NCBI GenBank assembly: GCA_964423675.1
Contig: CAYRFP010000002.1
Span: 8,728 to 72,727 of the forward strand
Length of the DNA stretch: 64,000 nucleotides
Source of the DNA: an uncultured Oscillospiraceae bacterium
GTDB lineage: Bacteria > Bacillota > Clostridia > Christensenellales > Aristaeellaceae
Direction: 5' to 3'
Each line of letters opens with the position of its first letter. The first letter of the stretch is position 1. Of the stretch, positions 1 through 8,319 are shown piece after piece. The translations under genes were made by a program, and so were the position numbers. The notes under the pieces are model-generated. The model did not search any database. It saw nothing but the letters and a program-made list of their open reading frames with translations, and was not told the origin of the DNA.

Positions 1-225
1 CACACTAGGGCGCAGCCGACGCAAAAGCGCGCCTTCGTTTTTGAATGCCGCATCCACCGTTATCACAAAGTGTACGTTGCCCTTATCCCGGGCATCCACG
101 CTTTTTTTGCTTATGCGCCAGGATGACAGCTGATCCCGGGAAACGCGTAGCTTTTCCAGCGCCAGCAGCAGCGGCGCGTCCGGCTCCGCATCCAGGGGCA
201 CCTTGAGATTGGCGATTCGCAGCAT
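1..225 (-). CDS. FAD-dependent oxidoreductase-like protein (COG2509-type), N-terminal part; gene runs off the left edge
   Basis: My own translation of the minus strand from ATG at 225-223 (SD AAGGAGGAAGCTT just upstream) gives MLRIANLKVPLDAEPDAPLLLALEKLRVSRDQLSSWRISKKSVDARDKGNVHFVITVDAAFKNEG... This N-terminal pattern (..L.LPLD....L......L......I..F.I.K.S.DAR.K....FVYTVD) is what I remember for this family. It is absent from the ORF track because it is open at the edge. Confidence 0.5.
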   Translation of the reverse strand, partial: MLRIANLKVPLDAEPDAPLLLALEKLRVSRDQLSSWRISKKSVDARDKGNVHFVITVDAAFKNEGALLRRLRPSV

Positions 226-391
226 AAGCTTCCTCCTTTGTCCGGTTCACCGGCTTCTGAAAACATTACCATATAGTATACCATGAAGCGCAGGCGGGAG
301 CAAGCCAAAAAGCAGGACGAGCAGGAAACGGGCGATGGGCAAATCGGCTTTTGCGCAGGGCTTTGCCGAGAGATGGGGATGCAGCTTTCTC

Positions 392-420
392 TTGTATCCG
401 GGCGGGGATTATGCTAAAAT
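392..420 (+). promoter_or_regulatory. Candidate sigma-A promoter for rimO
   Basis: TTGTAT (392-397), 17-nt spacer, TAAAAT (415-420), preceded by TGC (extended -10). It lies ~50 nt upstream of the rimO ATG. Confidence 0.45.
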
Positions 421-471
421 AAGGAGCGCGGCGGAGGGAGAATCTGTCGCGACAACGAAAGGAGCAATTCT

Positions 472-1785
472 ATGCTGCAGGGCTTAAAGGTTGGGATGAT
501 TTCTTTGGGATGCGTGAAAAACCGCGTGGATTCGGAGCAGATGCTGGGTACGCTGAAAGCGGCAGGCTGTCAGCTTACCAATGCGCCGGAGGAAGCGCAG
601 ATCCTGATTGTGAACACCTGCGGCTTTATCGCGCCGGCGAAGGAAGAATCCATCGATGCGATTTTTGAAATGGCGCAATATAAAAAAACAGGCTGCTGCC
701 AGGTTTTATGCGTGACCGGCTGTCTGGCTCAGCGCTATGAAAAGGATCTGCTGGCTGAGATTCCAGAGATTGATTGTCTGCTGGGCGTGAGCCAGTATGC
801 CGATCTTGTTCACTATTTGGAGGAAGCGCTGGAAGGAAAGCATCCGGTGGCGACGACGCGTAAAAAGGAATTTCTGGAATGCGGCCGGGTGCTGACCACG
901 CCGGGCTATTCCGCTTATATCAAAACCGGCGATGGCTGCGATAATCGCTGTGCTTATTGCGCCATTCCGCTGATTCGGGGAGGCTATCGTTCTCGCGGCC
1001 GTCAGGCGATTCTGGACGAAATCCGTCAAATGGCCAGCCGGGGCGTGAAGGAGCATATTCTCATTGCCCAGGATACCACCCGCTATGGCGTGGATACCGG
1101 CGATTCACTGGAAAGCCTAATGAACGAGGCGGCAGATATAGCGGGCGTGGAATGGCTGCGGGCGCTTTATATGTATCCCGATGAAGTGAACCAATCGCTG
1201 CTGGACACCATGGCAGCCCGGGAAAATATCTGCAAATATCTGGATTTGCCGCTTCAGCATGCGGCACCCGGATTGCTGCAACGGATGAACCGGCGGGGAA
1301 CCGTGGCGCATACCAAGGCCATGCTGCGAGCGGCGCGGGAGCGGGGCTTCTGCCTACGGACGACCTTTATCGTGGGTTTCCCTGGAGAGACGGAGGCGGA
1401 CTTTGAAGAACTGATGGCATTCACGGAGGAAATGGCCTTTGACAGGATGGGCGCATTTACCTTCTCTCCGGAGGAGGATACGCCCGCGGCCGCGATGCCA
1501 GATCAGATTCCGGAGGAAATCAAGCAGCAGCGGCTGGATCGATTGATGAAATTACAGGCGAAAATCAGCCTAGAGCGAAACCAGCTGCGGGTCGGGAAGG
1601 AAGAAAAGGTGCTGATCACGGGGCGGCAGGGCAAGCGCTATACGGCACGTTCGGCCTGGGAAGCACCGGATGCGGATGGCGAAATCCTGCTGGAAAGCCA
1701 GCAGCCCCTTACGGAAGGTGAATTCATTCGCGCTCGGATTATTCGTGCTGGCACGTATGATCTTTCTGCGGAAGCGCTGGTATAA
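472..1785 (+). CDS. rimO: Ribosomal protein S12 methylthiotransferase RimO (radical SAM, MiaB/RimO family)
   Basis: 437 aa. The N-terminal UPF0004 pattern is MISLGCVKNRVDSEQMLG and the radical-SAM motif is CDNRCAYC. A C-terminal TRAM-like segment is present. SD AAAGGAG lies 8 nt upstream. Confidence 0.85.
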   Translation: MLQGLKVGMISLGCVKNRVDSEQMLGTLKAAGCQLTNAPEEAQILIVNTCGFIAPAKEESIDAIFEMAQYKKTGCCQVLCVTGCLAQRYEKDLLAEIPEIDCLLGVSQYADLVHYLEEALEGKHPVATTRKKEFLECGRVLTTPGYSAYIKTGDGCDNRCAYCAIPLIRGGYRSRGRQAILDEIRQMASRGVKEHILIAQDTTRYGVDTGDSLESLMNEAADIAGVEWLRALYMYPDEVNQSLLDTMAARENICKYLDLPLQHAAPGLLQRMNRRGTVAHTKAMLRAARERGFCLRTTFIVGFPGETEADFEELMAFTEEMAFDRMGAFTFSPEEDTPAAAMPDQIPEEIKQQRLDRLMKLQAKISLERNQLRVGKEEKVLITGRQGKRYTARSAWEAPDADGEILLESQQPLTEGEFIRARIIRAGTYDLSAEALV

Positions 1786-1791
1786 AAAACA

Positions 1792-1821
1792 GGAGCGCGC
1801 CCCAATTTCCGCTCTTTTTTT
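1792..1821 (+). terminator. Weak rho-independent terminator after rimO
   Basis: GAGCG (1793-1797) pairs with CGCTC (1810-1814) and is followed by a T7 run. The stem is short and the loop is long. Confidence 0.4.
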
Positions 1822-1948
1822 CGTGCTGGCAGGAATTGCTTGACGGAGCGGTCGGGAAATAGTATAATAGACAAGTATATAAAATGCGATGAAAACGCGT
1901 ACGGCGCGTTGAAAAAGCGTATTACACAACGAGAGGAAGAGATTTGTT

Positions 1949-3241
1949 ATGGCAAACACGAAAACCCGGAAACCCCTCAGCAATAGCTGCAAGGGCCTGA
2001 TCTGTCTGGCACTTTTGCTGGTGGTGACGGTATTGGTCTCCTGCTTGGCCGTCAGCGGCATGAAGCTGGATAACGAGGGCGTGAATGTGCTACTGCCCTG
2101 GGTGCCCGTGAGCAGCCAGGATTGGCCTGCGTCCCTCCCCCTGTCCCGTAGCCTTGGCGGCGGCGACTATGCGGAATACACCGTTTCTGTTCCCGAGGGC
2201 AGCGAAGAATCCGTAGCGGATCTGGCCAATGCGGCGCTGAAGGTGATGAAAGCGCGCCTTTCTGCCTGCAATCTGAATGATGTGAAGGTCTCCTTGGTGG
2301 GCGAAAGCACCATCCGGGTGGAACTGCCCAAGACGGATGATGCGGCCAACGTGTTGTCCATGCTCAGCGGCAAGGGCAATTTCGAATTCCGCATTGGCGA
2401 TGAAGCGTTTATGACCGGTGCAGATATTAAGGTCGCTTCCGTTGGGCAATACGACACCACCACCTATATGCTGGGTCTGCAGACCACCGAGGAAGGCAAG
2501 CAGAAGCTGGCCGATGCGACTTCTGCTAATATTAACGGCACCATGAGCATCTATCAGGACGGCGCGCTGCTGATTTCTGCCACCGTGCCCGAAGCATTTA
2601 CCACTGGCACTATCTCTGTGCCGCTGGGCGCGAGCCGGGAAACCACCGAAAAGGTAGCGGCGATGCTGAACAATGGCGCCTTCTCTGCCGAACTGACCCA
2701 GGGCGAAACCGGCGAACTGGAGAATGATGGAAGCGGTTCTCTCCGTGCGCTGCTGATTATCGCTGCTGTGATGCTGGCTGTGGCGCTGGTTTATCTGGTG
2801 GTCACCGGCAAACTTACGGGTTTTGCCGGCATTTGGGGCGTATGGTGCGCCATTATGATGATGTTCTTCTTCTTTGCCACGCTGGTGCTGGCCACGGTGA
2901 ATGTGGCGGTTGCGATCGTGCTGCTGTTAGGCATTCTCCTGGCGATTTTCACCGCTGTGACCCGGACCGACGCTATTTCCAAGGAAATCGCCAAGGGTCT
3001 CGCGCCCAAGGCCGCCACGAAGGCGGGCTTCCGCGCTGCAGGCAAGCTGGTTTGGCTGGTGCATGGCGGCGCGATGGTGATTGCCTGCGTTCTGATGCTG
3101 ATCCCCGGCACGAAGGTTCTGGGCTACACCCTGTCTACGGCCGTGGTGGCAAGCGCTTTTGCCGCTCCGCTGATGCGCCTGTTCCAAAGCTGCTTTACCA
3201 TGATGAGCACCAAGCCCGGCCTGTTTGGAAAAACGAAGTAA
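1949..3241 (+). CDS. SecD-like protein-export membrane protein (divergent; no adjacent SecF)
   Basis: 430 aa with an N-terminal TM helix. The extracytoplasmic domain carries SecD-like blocks: VSLVGESTIRVELPKTDDAANVLSMLSGKGNFEFR and MSIYQDGALLISATVPEAFTTGTISVPLG..ETTEKVAAMLNNGAF. Several C-terminal TM helices follow. The position upstream of recJ-rel matches the secDF-recJ-relA synteny of Firmicutes. Confidence 0.5.
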   Translation: MANTKTRKPLSNSCKGLICLALLLVVTVLVSCLAVSGMKLDNEGVNVLLPWVPVSSQDWPASLPLSRSLGGGDYAEYTVSVPEGSEESVADLANAALKVMKARLSACNLNDVKVSLVGESTIRVELPKTDDAANVLSMLSGKGNFEFRIGDEAFMTGADIKVASVGQYDTTTYMLGLQTTEEGKQKLADATSANINGTMSIYQDGALLISATVPEAFTTGTISVPLGASRETTEKVAAMLNNGAFSAELTQGETGELENDGSGSLRALLIIAAVMLAVALVYLVVTGKLTGFAGIWGVWCAIMMMFFFFATLVLATVNVAVAIVLLLGILLAIFTAVTRTDAISKEIAKGLAPKAATKAGFRAAGKLVWLVHGGAMVIACVLMLIPGTKVLGYTLSTAVVASAFAAPLMRLFQSCFTMMSTKPGLFGKTK

Positions 3242-3253
3242 TGAATCCACGAT

Positions 3254-3290
3254 GGGTGCCGGTATGCCGCCGGCACCCTCTTTTTACTCT
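3254..3290 (+). terminator. Rho-independent terminator
   Basis: GGGTGCCGG (3254-3262) pairs with CCGGCACCC (3270-3278), a perfect 9-bp stem, followed by TCTTTTTACTCTTTT. Confidence 0.8.
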
Positions 3291-3313
3291 TTTGCAATTT
3301 TGGGAGGCTCCTT

Positions 3314-5593
3314 ATGCGGTCCATCGCCCTGCGCACGGTTTCTTCCGCCCCGGCTTTTTCCGGGCTGCCTGATTGGCTTTGTCGGTTGCTGGCTGCTCGC
3401 GGCATGGAAACGCAGGCGCAGGCGGACGCATTTCTGCATCCTGACTGGGATCAGCTGCTGCCCCCGGAAATGCTGCCTGGCCTGGGCGAGGCAACGGCGC
3501 TAATCCGCAGCGCCCGGGATGCCGGGCAGCGGGCCGTGGTGTATGGCGATTACGATGTGGATGGTGTATGCGCGGCAGCCATTTTGTCGGAAACTCTTCG
3601 GCAGATGGGCATGAATGCGGAGGTGTATATCCCGGATCGGCATACGGAAGGCTATGGGCTGAATTTGGCGGCTGTGGAAAAGCTGGCGCAGGAATACTCT
3701 CTGCTGATTTCGGTGGATTGTGGCATTGCCAGCATGGAAGAAGTGGCAGCTGCAAAGAAAGCGGGGATGCGAGTGATCGTGACGGATCACCATCGTCCCG
3801 GCCCGGAATTGCCCGATGCGGACGCGGTGGTTTCGCCCCTGCTAGGAGATTATCCCTTCCCGTATCTGTGCGGGGCGGGAGTGGTGTGGAAGGTGAGCCA
3901 GTCGCTGCTGGGTGAAAGGGCCCGAGAGTTTCTGGATCTGGCTGCGCTGGCTACAGTGGCCGATCTGGTGGAACTGACGGGCGAAAACCGGGCGCTGGTG
4001 GCACTGGGCTTGCCTTGCATTGCCAGCACTCGCCGCCCGGGCTTACAGGCGCTGGTGAAGGAGGCAGGAATATCTGGTGGCGTGACCAGCGAGCAGGTGG
4101 CTTTCCAACTGGCTCCCCGGCTTAATGCCTGCGGCCGACTGGCCTCTGCTCAGATTGCCCTGGAATTGCTGGAAACGCAGAACCCGTCCCGGGCACAGGA
4201 ACTGGCTGCACGGGCACAGACGCTGAACCAAAGCCGAAAAGAGCAGGAGCAGCAGGTAATCGATGCGGCAGAGCAGCAGGTGGCGCAGATTAATCTGGTG
4301 GATAACCGGGCCATTGTGGTCTGCGGCGAAGGCTGGAACAGCGGCGTGGTGGGTTTGGCAGCGGGCCGCATCGCGGAGAAATATGCCTATCCCACAGTGG
4401 CGCTTTCCCGGGAGGGCGATATTTGCGTTGGCAGCGCCCGCAGCGCCGGGGATGTGGATATTTACGAAGCACTGAGGCAATGCCAGGATCTGTTTTTGCG
4501 TTTTGGCGGCCACAAACAGGCGGCTGGATTGACGATGGAAGCGGAGCGTGTGCCGGAGTTTCAGCGGCGGCTGTCTCAGGCAGTGGCGCAGCAGACCGGC
4601 GGCGTGGCGCCGATTTCCGTCTTCTGGTGCGACGGGCAATTGCAGTTGTCTCAGGTTACGGAGGAAACTGTTTCTCTGCTGGCGTTGCTGGAGCCCTTTG
4701 GCATGGGCAATCCGGCACCCCGGTTTTTGTGCGCAGGGGTGGAAGCCCTGGCGCTGCGGCCGGTGGGCAAGGATGGAAAGCATCTCAAATGCACCTTTCG
4801 CCAGGGCAACGTGCTGCGGGACGGAATTTTCTTTGGCGGCGGCGAACAGGCTTCTGCGGTTGGGGGAGAATACCGGATGGTTATGACCCCAACCCTTAAC
4901 GAATTCCGTGGGCGTGTCACGGCGCAATGTCAGCTATACGCGCTGGAATTGGAGCCGGAGACGCTGCCGCCTGACCCCGAGGCGGATGCGCTGAGCTGGC
5001 TGGCGCAGCCAAGGAGCGAGGGCCGGGCGGAAACGCTTGCGCAGGAAAAGCTGGATGCGTGCATGGCGGGGCAGCAGGGAACGCTGCTGGTTTGCCGCTG
5101 CTGGGAAACTGCGATGGCGTTGCGGGCGCAATATCCGCAGGCGGCGTTTTTTCTGGAAAGGGCGGCGGATCCCCGGGCATTTCATGGAATTTTGCTGCGA
5201 GGTTCCCCGGCGAATGCTTGCGCTTCCTATCGGTGTGTGATATTATGCGACGGCGACTTTTTTGACGCGGACGCCTGGCGGGCCGCCTGTCCGGATGCGC
5301 ATGTATACGCCCTGCCCCAAACGGCAGCGGCAAAGGCGCTGCTGGCGGGGATGGCGCTGGATGTTCCGCAGCTGCGGGAATGCTATCGGCAGCTGCGAGC
5401 GGCCCCGCCCCGAAGCCTGGAGGATTTTGCTTATGATGCCGGTTTTACTCTTTCTCAGGCGGCGTTTGCCCTGACGGTGTTTGCCGAAATCAATCTGATC
5501 GATTGTGTTTTAGCGCCTTTTTCGATTTCCCTCCGGCCTATGCAAAAGCGTGGCCCGGAGGAAAGCCTGCTGTATCAGGCGGCGCAAGGATAA
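3314..5593 (+). CDS. recJ: Single-stranded-DNA-specific exonuclease RecJ
   Basis: 759 aa. DHH-family motifs VVYGDYDVDGVCAA, SVDCGI and VIVTDHHRP are present, plus a DHHA1-like GGHKQAAG. SD GGGAGG. Confidence 0.9.
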   Translation: MRSIALRTVSSAPAFSGLPDWLCRLLAARGMETQAQADAFLHPDWDQLLPPEMLPGLGEATALIRSARDAGQRAVVYGDYDVDGVCAAAILSETLRQMGMNAEVYIPDRHTEGYGLNLAAVEKLAQEYSLLISVDCGIASMEEVAAAKKAGMRVIVTDHHRPGPELPDADAVVSPLLGDYPFPYLCGAGVVWKVSQSLLGERAREFLDLAALATVADLVELTGENRALVALGLPCIASTRRPGLQALVKEAGISGGVTSEQVAFQLAPRLNACGRLASAQIALELLETQNPSRAQELAARAQTLNQSRKEQEQQVIDAAEQQVAQINLVDNRAIVVCGEGWNSGVVGLAAGRIAEKYAYPTVALSREGDICVGSARSAGDVDIYEALRQCQDLFLRFGGHKQAAGLTMEAERVPEFQRRLSQAVAQQTGGVAPISVFWCDGQLQLSQVTEETVSLLALLEPFGMGNPAPRFLCAGVEALALRPVGKDGKHLKCTFRQGNVLRDGIFFGGGEQASAVGGEYRMVMTPTLNEFRGRVTAQCQLYALELEPETLPPDPEADALSWLAQPRSEGRAETLAQEKLDACMAGQQGTLLVCRCWETAMALRAQYPQAAFFLERAADPRAFHGILLRGSPANACASYRCVILCDGDFFDADAWRAACPDAHVYALPQTAAAKALLAGMALDVPQLRECYRQLRAAPPRSLEDFAYDAGFTLSQAAFALTVFAEINLIDCVLAPFSISLRPMQKRGPEESLLYQAAQG

Positions 5594-5605
5594 AGGAGGA
5601 GCGGG

Positions 5606-7813
5606 ATGGCTTATACAGCATATGAATGCCTTACCCTGGAACAAATTCTGGAGCGGGTGCGCAAATCGGATCCCAGCGGCAAAGGCTGCGATCTGATTGA
5701 GCGGGCGTTTCATTTTGCGCAGAAGGCCCATGAAGGGCAGGTTCGCAAAAGCGGCGAGCCTTACATCGTGCATCCGACCTATGTGGCCTCTATCCTTACG
5801 GAGCTGATGATTGATCCTCCCACTATCGCCGCTTCCTTCCTGCATGATACCGTGGAAGATTGCGAAGGCGTGACGCTCCAAAGCATCCAAACCGAGTTTG
5901 GGGCGGAGGTGGCGCAGCTGGTGGATGGCGTGACCAAGCTGAGCAAGCTGGACTTTGCCGACCGGGAAGAGCAGCAGGCCGAATCCCTTCGCAAGATGAT
6001 TCTGGCCATGAGCAAGGATATCCGGGTGGTGCTGATCAAACTGGCGGATCGGTTGCATAATATGCGAACGCTGCGCTTTAAGCCGGTAGACCGGCAGGTG
6101 GCCATTGCCCGGGAAACCCTGGATATTTACGCGCCTCTGGCGCATCGCCTGGGCGTATATACGATTAAACAGGAATTGGAAGACCTGGCGCTGCGCTATA
6201 TCGATCCCGAGGGCTATCAGGATGTGGCCAAGAAGGTGGGCATGAAGCGGGCCGAACGGGAAGAAAACATTAAGCTGGTGATCAGCGAGCTTTCTCAGAA
6301 GCTGAATGAGGCCGGGATGCATTATGAGATCGATGGTCGGCCCAAGCATCTTTATTCCATTTACCGCAAGATGGTGATCCAGAACAAGCCCTTTGACCAG
6401 ATCTATGATTTGATTGCGATCCGTGTGATCGTAGATACGATCCCGGAATGCTACACGGTTCTGGGCATTGCGCACACACTGTGGAATCAGGTGCCGGGTC
6501 GATTCAAGGATTATATTTCCGTGCCTAAGGCGAACATGTATCAATCCCTGCATACAACGGTGGTAGGTGGGCGACGGATTCCCTTCCCTTTTGAAATCCA
6601 GATTCGCACCTGGGAAATGCACCGGGTGGCCGAATACGGCATTGCGGCTCACTGGAATTACAAAGAAAAGGGGCATGGGGACGGGGGACTGGATCAGAAG
6701 CTTTACTGGCTGCGTCAGATTCTGGACTGGCAATCCGAAACCCGGGACAGCCATGAATTTATCGACAGCCTGAAGACCGATTTATTTTCCGAGGAGGTCT
6801 TTCTATTTACCCCCAAGGGAGACATTATTTCCATGCAGCGGGGGGCAACGCCGCTGGATTTTGCGTACCGGATTCATTCTCAGGTGGGCAACAGCTGCGT
6901 GGGCGCGAAGATCAACGGCAAGATGGTGCCGCTGGACACGCAGCTATCCACTGGCGATCGGGTGGAAGTGATCACCTCTGGCGCGTCCAAAGGGCCGAGT
7001 ATGGACTGGCTCAAGATCGTGAAAACCCAGCAGGCCAAGGCGAAGATTCGGCAGTTTTTGAAAAAAGAGTTGCGGGGCGAAAACGTGCAAAAAGGCAGGG
7101 AAATGCTGGAGCACGAAGCCCGGCGACGGGGAATCAAGCTGGGAGATTATACGAAGCCGGAATACTATGAGCCGCTGCTGCGCAAGTACATGTTCCAGGA
7201 ATTGGAGGACATATACGGTGCAGTCGGTTATGGTGGTATAGCATCATCATATGTCATTTCCAGGTTAATAGACGAGAAGCAGAAAAAGGAAGCGCCGGCG
7301 CTGCCCAAGGTGACGGTGGTGCAGGAAGGGGCTATGCCCGCATCCACGCCGCAACCGCCCAAGGGAAAGCCTACCCACGGCATTTACGTGCATGGGGAAT
7401 CGGGAATGCTGGTGCGGTTTGCCAAGTGCTGCAATCCGGTGCCGGGAGATGATATTGTGGGATACATCACCCGGGGACGCGGGGTGACGGTACACAAAGC
7501 GGACTGCGTAAACGCCCTGCACACGGAGCCGGAGCGAGCAATTCCCGTTTCCTGGGCGGAGGAGGGCGCAGGCACATTCAGCGCGAACCTTCAGATGATT
7601 TGTTACGATCATCCATCGTTGCTGGGCGAGATCACTGCGTTTATTACAGAAATGAATCTGCCGATCACAGCCATTTCCGTGAAGCTGAACAAGAACAAGA
7701 CCTGCAATATTACTACCACTATTCAGGTGCAGAGCCGCGAACAGCTGGACAATGCCATTCGCAAGCTGCAAAAGCGCTCGGATGTGGTGGAAGCTTATCG
7801 TAGCGTAAACTGA
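5606..7813 (+). CDS. relA: Bifunctional (p)ppGpp synthetase/hydrolase Rel (RelA/SpoT homolog)
   Basis: 735 aa. The HD hydrolase domain shows EPYIVHP..HDTVED and the synthetase block shows GRPKHLYSIYRKM..DLIAIRVIV. TGS (FTPKGD..L..GATPLDFAY) and a C-terminal ACT-like domain follow. Confidence 0.95.
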   Translation: MAYTAYECLTLEQILERVRKSDPSGKGCDLIERAFHFAQKAHEGQVRKSGEPYIVHPTYVASILTELMIDPPTIAASFLHDTVEDCEGVTLQSIQTEFGAEVAQLVDGVTKLSKLDFADREEQQAESLRKMILAMSKDIRVVLIKLADRLHNMRTLRFKPVDRQVAIARETLDIYAPLAHRLGVYTIKQELEDLALRYIDPEGYQDVAKKVGMKRAEREENIKLVISELSQKLNEAGMHYEIDGRPKHLYSIYRKMVIQNKPFDQIYDLIAIRVIVDTIPECYTVLGIAHTLWNQVPGRFKDYISVPKANMYQSLHTTVVGGRRIPFPFEIQIRTWEMHRVAEYGIAAHWNYKEKGHGDGGLDQKLYWLRQILDWQSETRDSHEFIDSLKTDLFSEEVFLFTPKGDIISMQRGATPLDFAYRIHSQVGNSCVGAKINGKMVPLDTQLSTGDRVEVITSGASKGPSMDWLKIVKTQQAKAKIRQFLKKELRGENVQKGREMLEHEARRRGIKLGDYTKPEYYEPLLRKYMFQELEDIYGAVGYGGIASSYVISRLIDEKQKKEAPALPKVTVVQEGAMPASTPQPPKGKPTHGIYVHGESGMLVRFAKCCNPVPGDDIVGYITRGRGVTVHKADCVNALHTEPERAIPVSWAEEGAGTFSANLQMICYDHPSLLGEITAFITEMNLPITAISVKLNKNKTCNITTTIQVQSREQLDNAIRKLQKRSDVVEAYRSVN

Positions 7814-7977
7814 CCAGGCAAGCAATTGCCGTATTGCGGGGTAACGTTCTCTAACGGGCAGGGGAATGATTCCACGGTACTCCCATACGCGAAGAAGTAA
7901 GCATTGTAAGACGAACAAAGTCCGCGAGTTTATTGAGGAAAATACAGATGTTCCCCGTAGCAGGGAGCGTTATCGCG

Positions 7978-8001
7978 AACGGGAAAACGTGTTTTCCCGT
8001 T
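7978..8001. repeat. Near-perfect 11-bp inverted repeat (AACGGGAAAAC GT GTTTTCCCGTT) inside a long non-coding gap
   Basis: Read directly from the sequence. Related half-sites ACGTTCTC..CGTT recur at 7843-7856 and 8195-8208. Confidence 0.6.
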
Positions 8002-8319
8002 GCCGATCATCTGAAAAAACCAGGTCAAAATTGATCGAGGTCTGAGCGCCGCTCAGACGCTGCTGCGGGATGCTACTATAGCTTCGTTCCTCTTGTTCCT
8101 CACAGAAAATGGCTGATTCGATTCGTCTAAGCAAAATTGTGAATTGAGTCCAGAGATGAAATCTCTGGCGGGGTTGCTGGGCGCGCAGCCCCGCAACGTT
8201 CTCCCGTTCCCATCCTTCCCACAAGATTCATAGAAATGTAAAACAATTTTCAGAATTAGCAGGAATTTTCAAGTAGACCGCGAACTATACAGAGTTATCC
8301 TTTAGAACAGGAGGAGACC

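Noticed and set aside
111-308. 65-aa minus-strand ORF in the track near the left edge.
   Set aside because: It is in a different frame from the SD-preceded ATG at 225. The ATG-225 frame yields a recognisable FAD-dependent-protein N-terminus, whereas the track ORF is Cys/Arg/Trp-rich with no start signals.
5510-6754. 414-aa ORF antisense to rel. Similar long antisense ORFs occur at 10509-11372, 12619-13860, 13984-14871, 21499-22401, 29963-31330, 31346-32191, 42883-44061, 50059-51360, 51728-52615 and 59151-60161.
   Set aside because: Each lies opposite a gene with unmistakable family motifs. Their translations are R/G/P/H-rich junk with no recognisable motifs or SD sequences. Long stop-free antisense frames are expected in GC-rich coding DNA.
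7814-8319. Possibility that the long gap after rel encodes RNase P RNA, tmRNA, a tRNA, a T-box leader or a ydaO, TPP or cobalamin riboswitch.
   Set aside because: - AAAGTCCGCG and ACAGAAAATGGCTGA superficially recall the RNase P P4 strands, but they cannot pair with each other as P4 requires.
- There is no T-loop GTTCGAATC/CCA end.
- There is no T-box GGTGGTACCGCG.
- There is no B12 box.
- There is no ydaO CCGAACCCGTCAGCTAACC-type block.
- The region is therefore left as unassigned structure (see findings).
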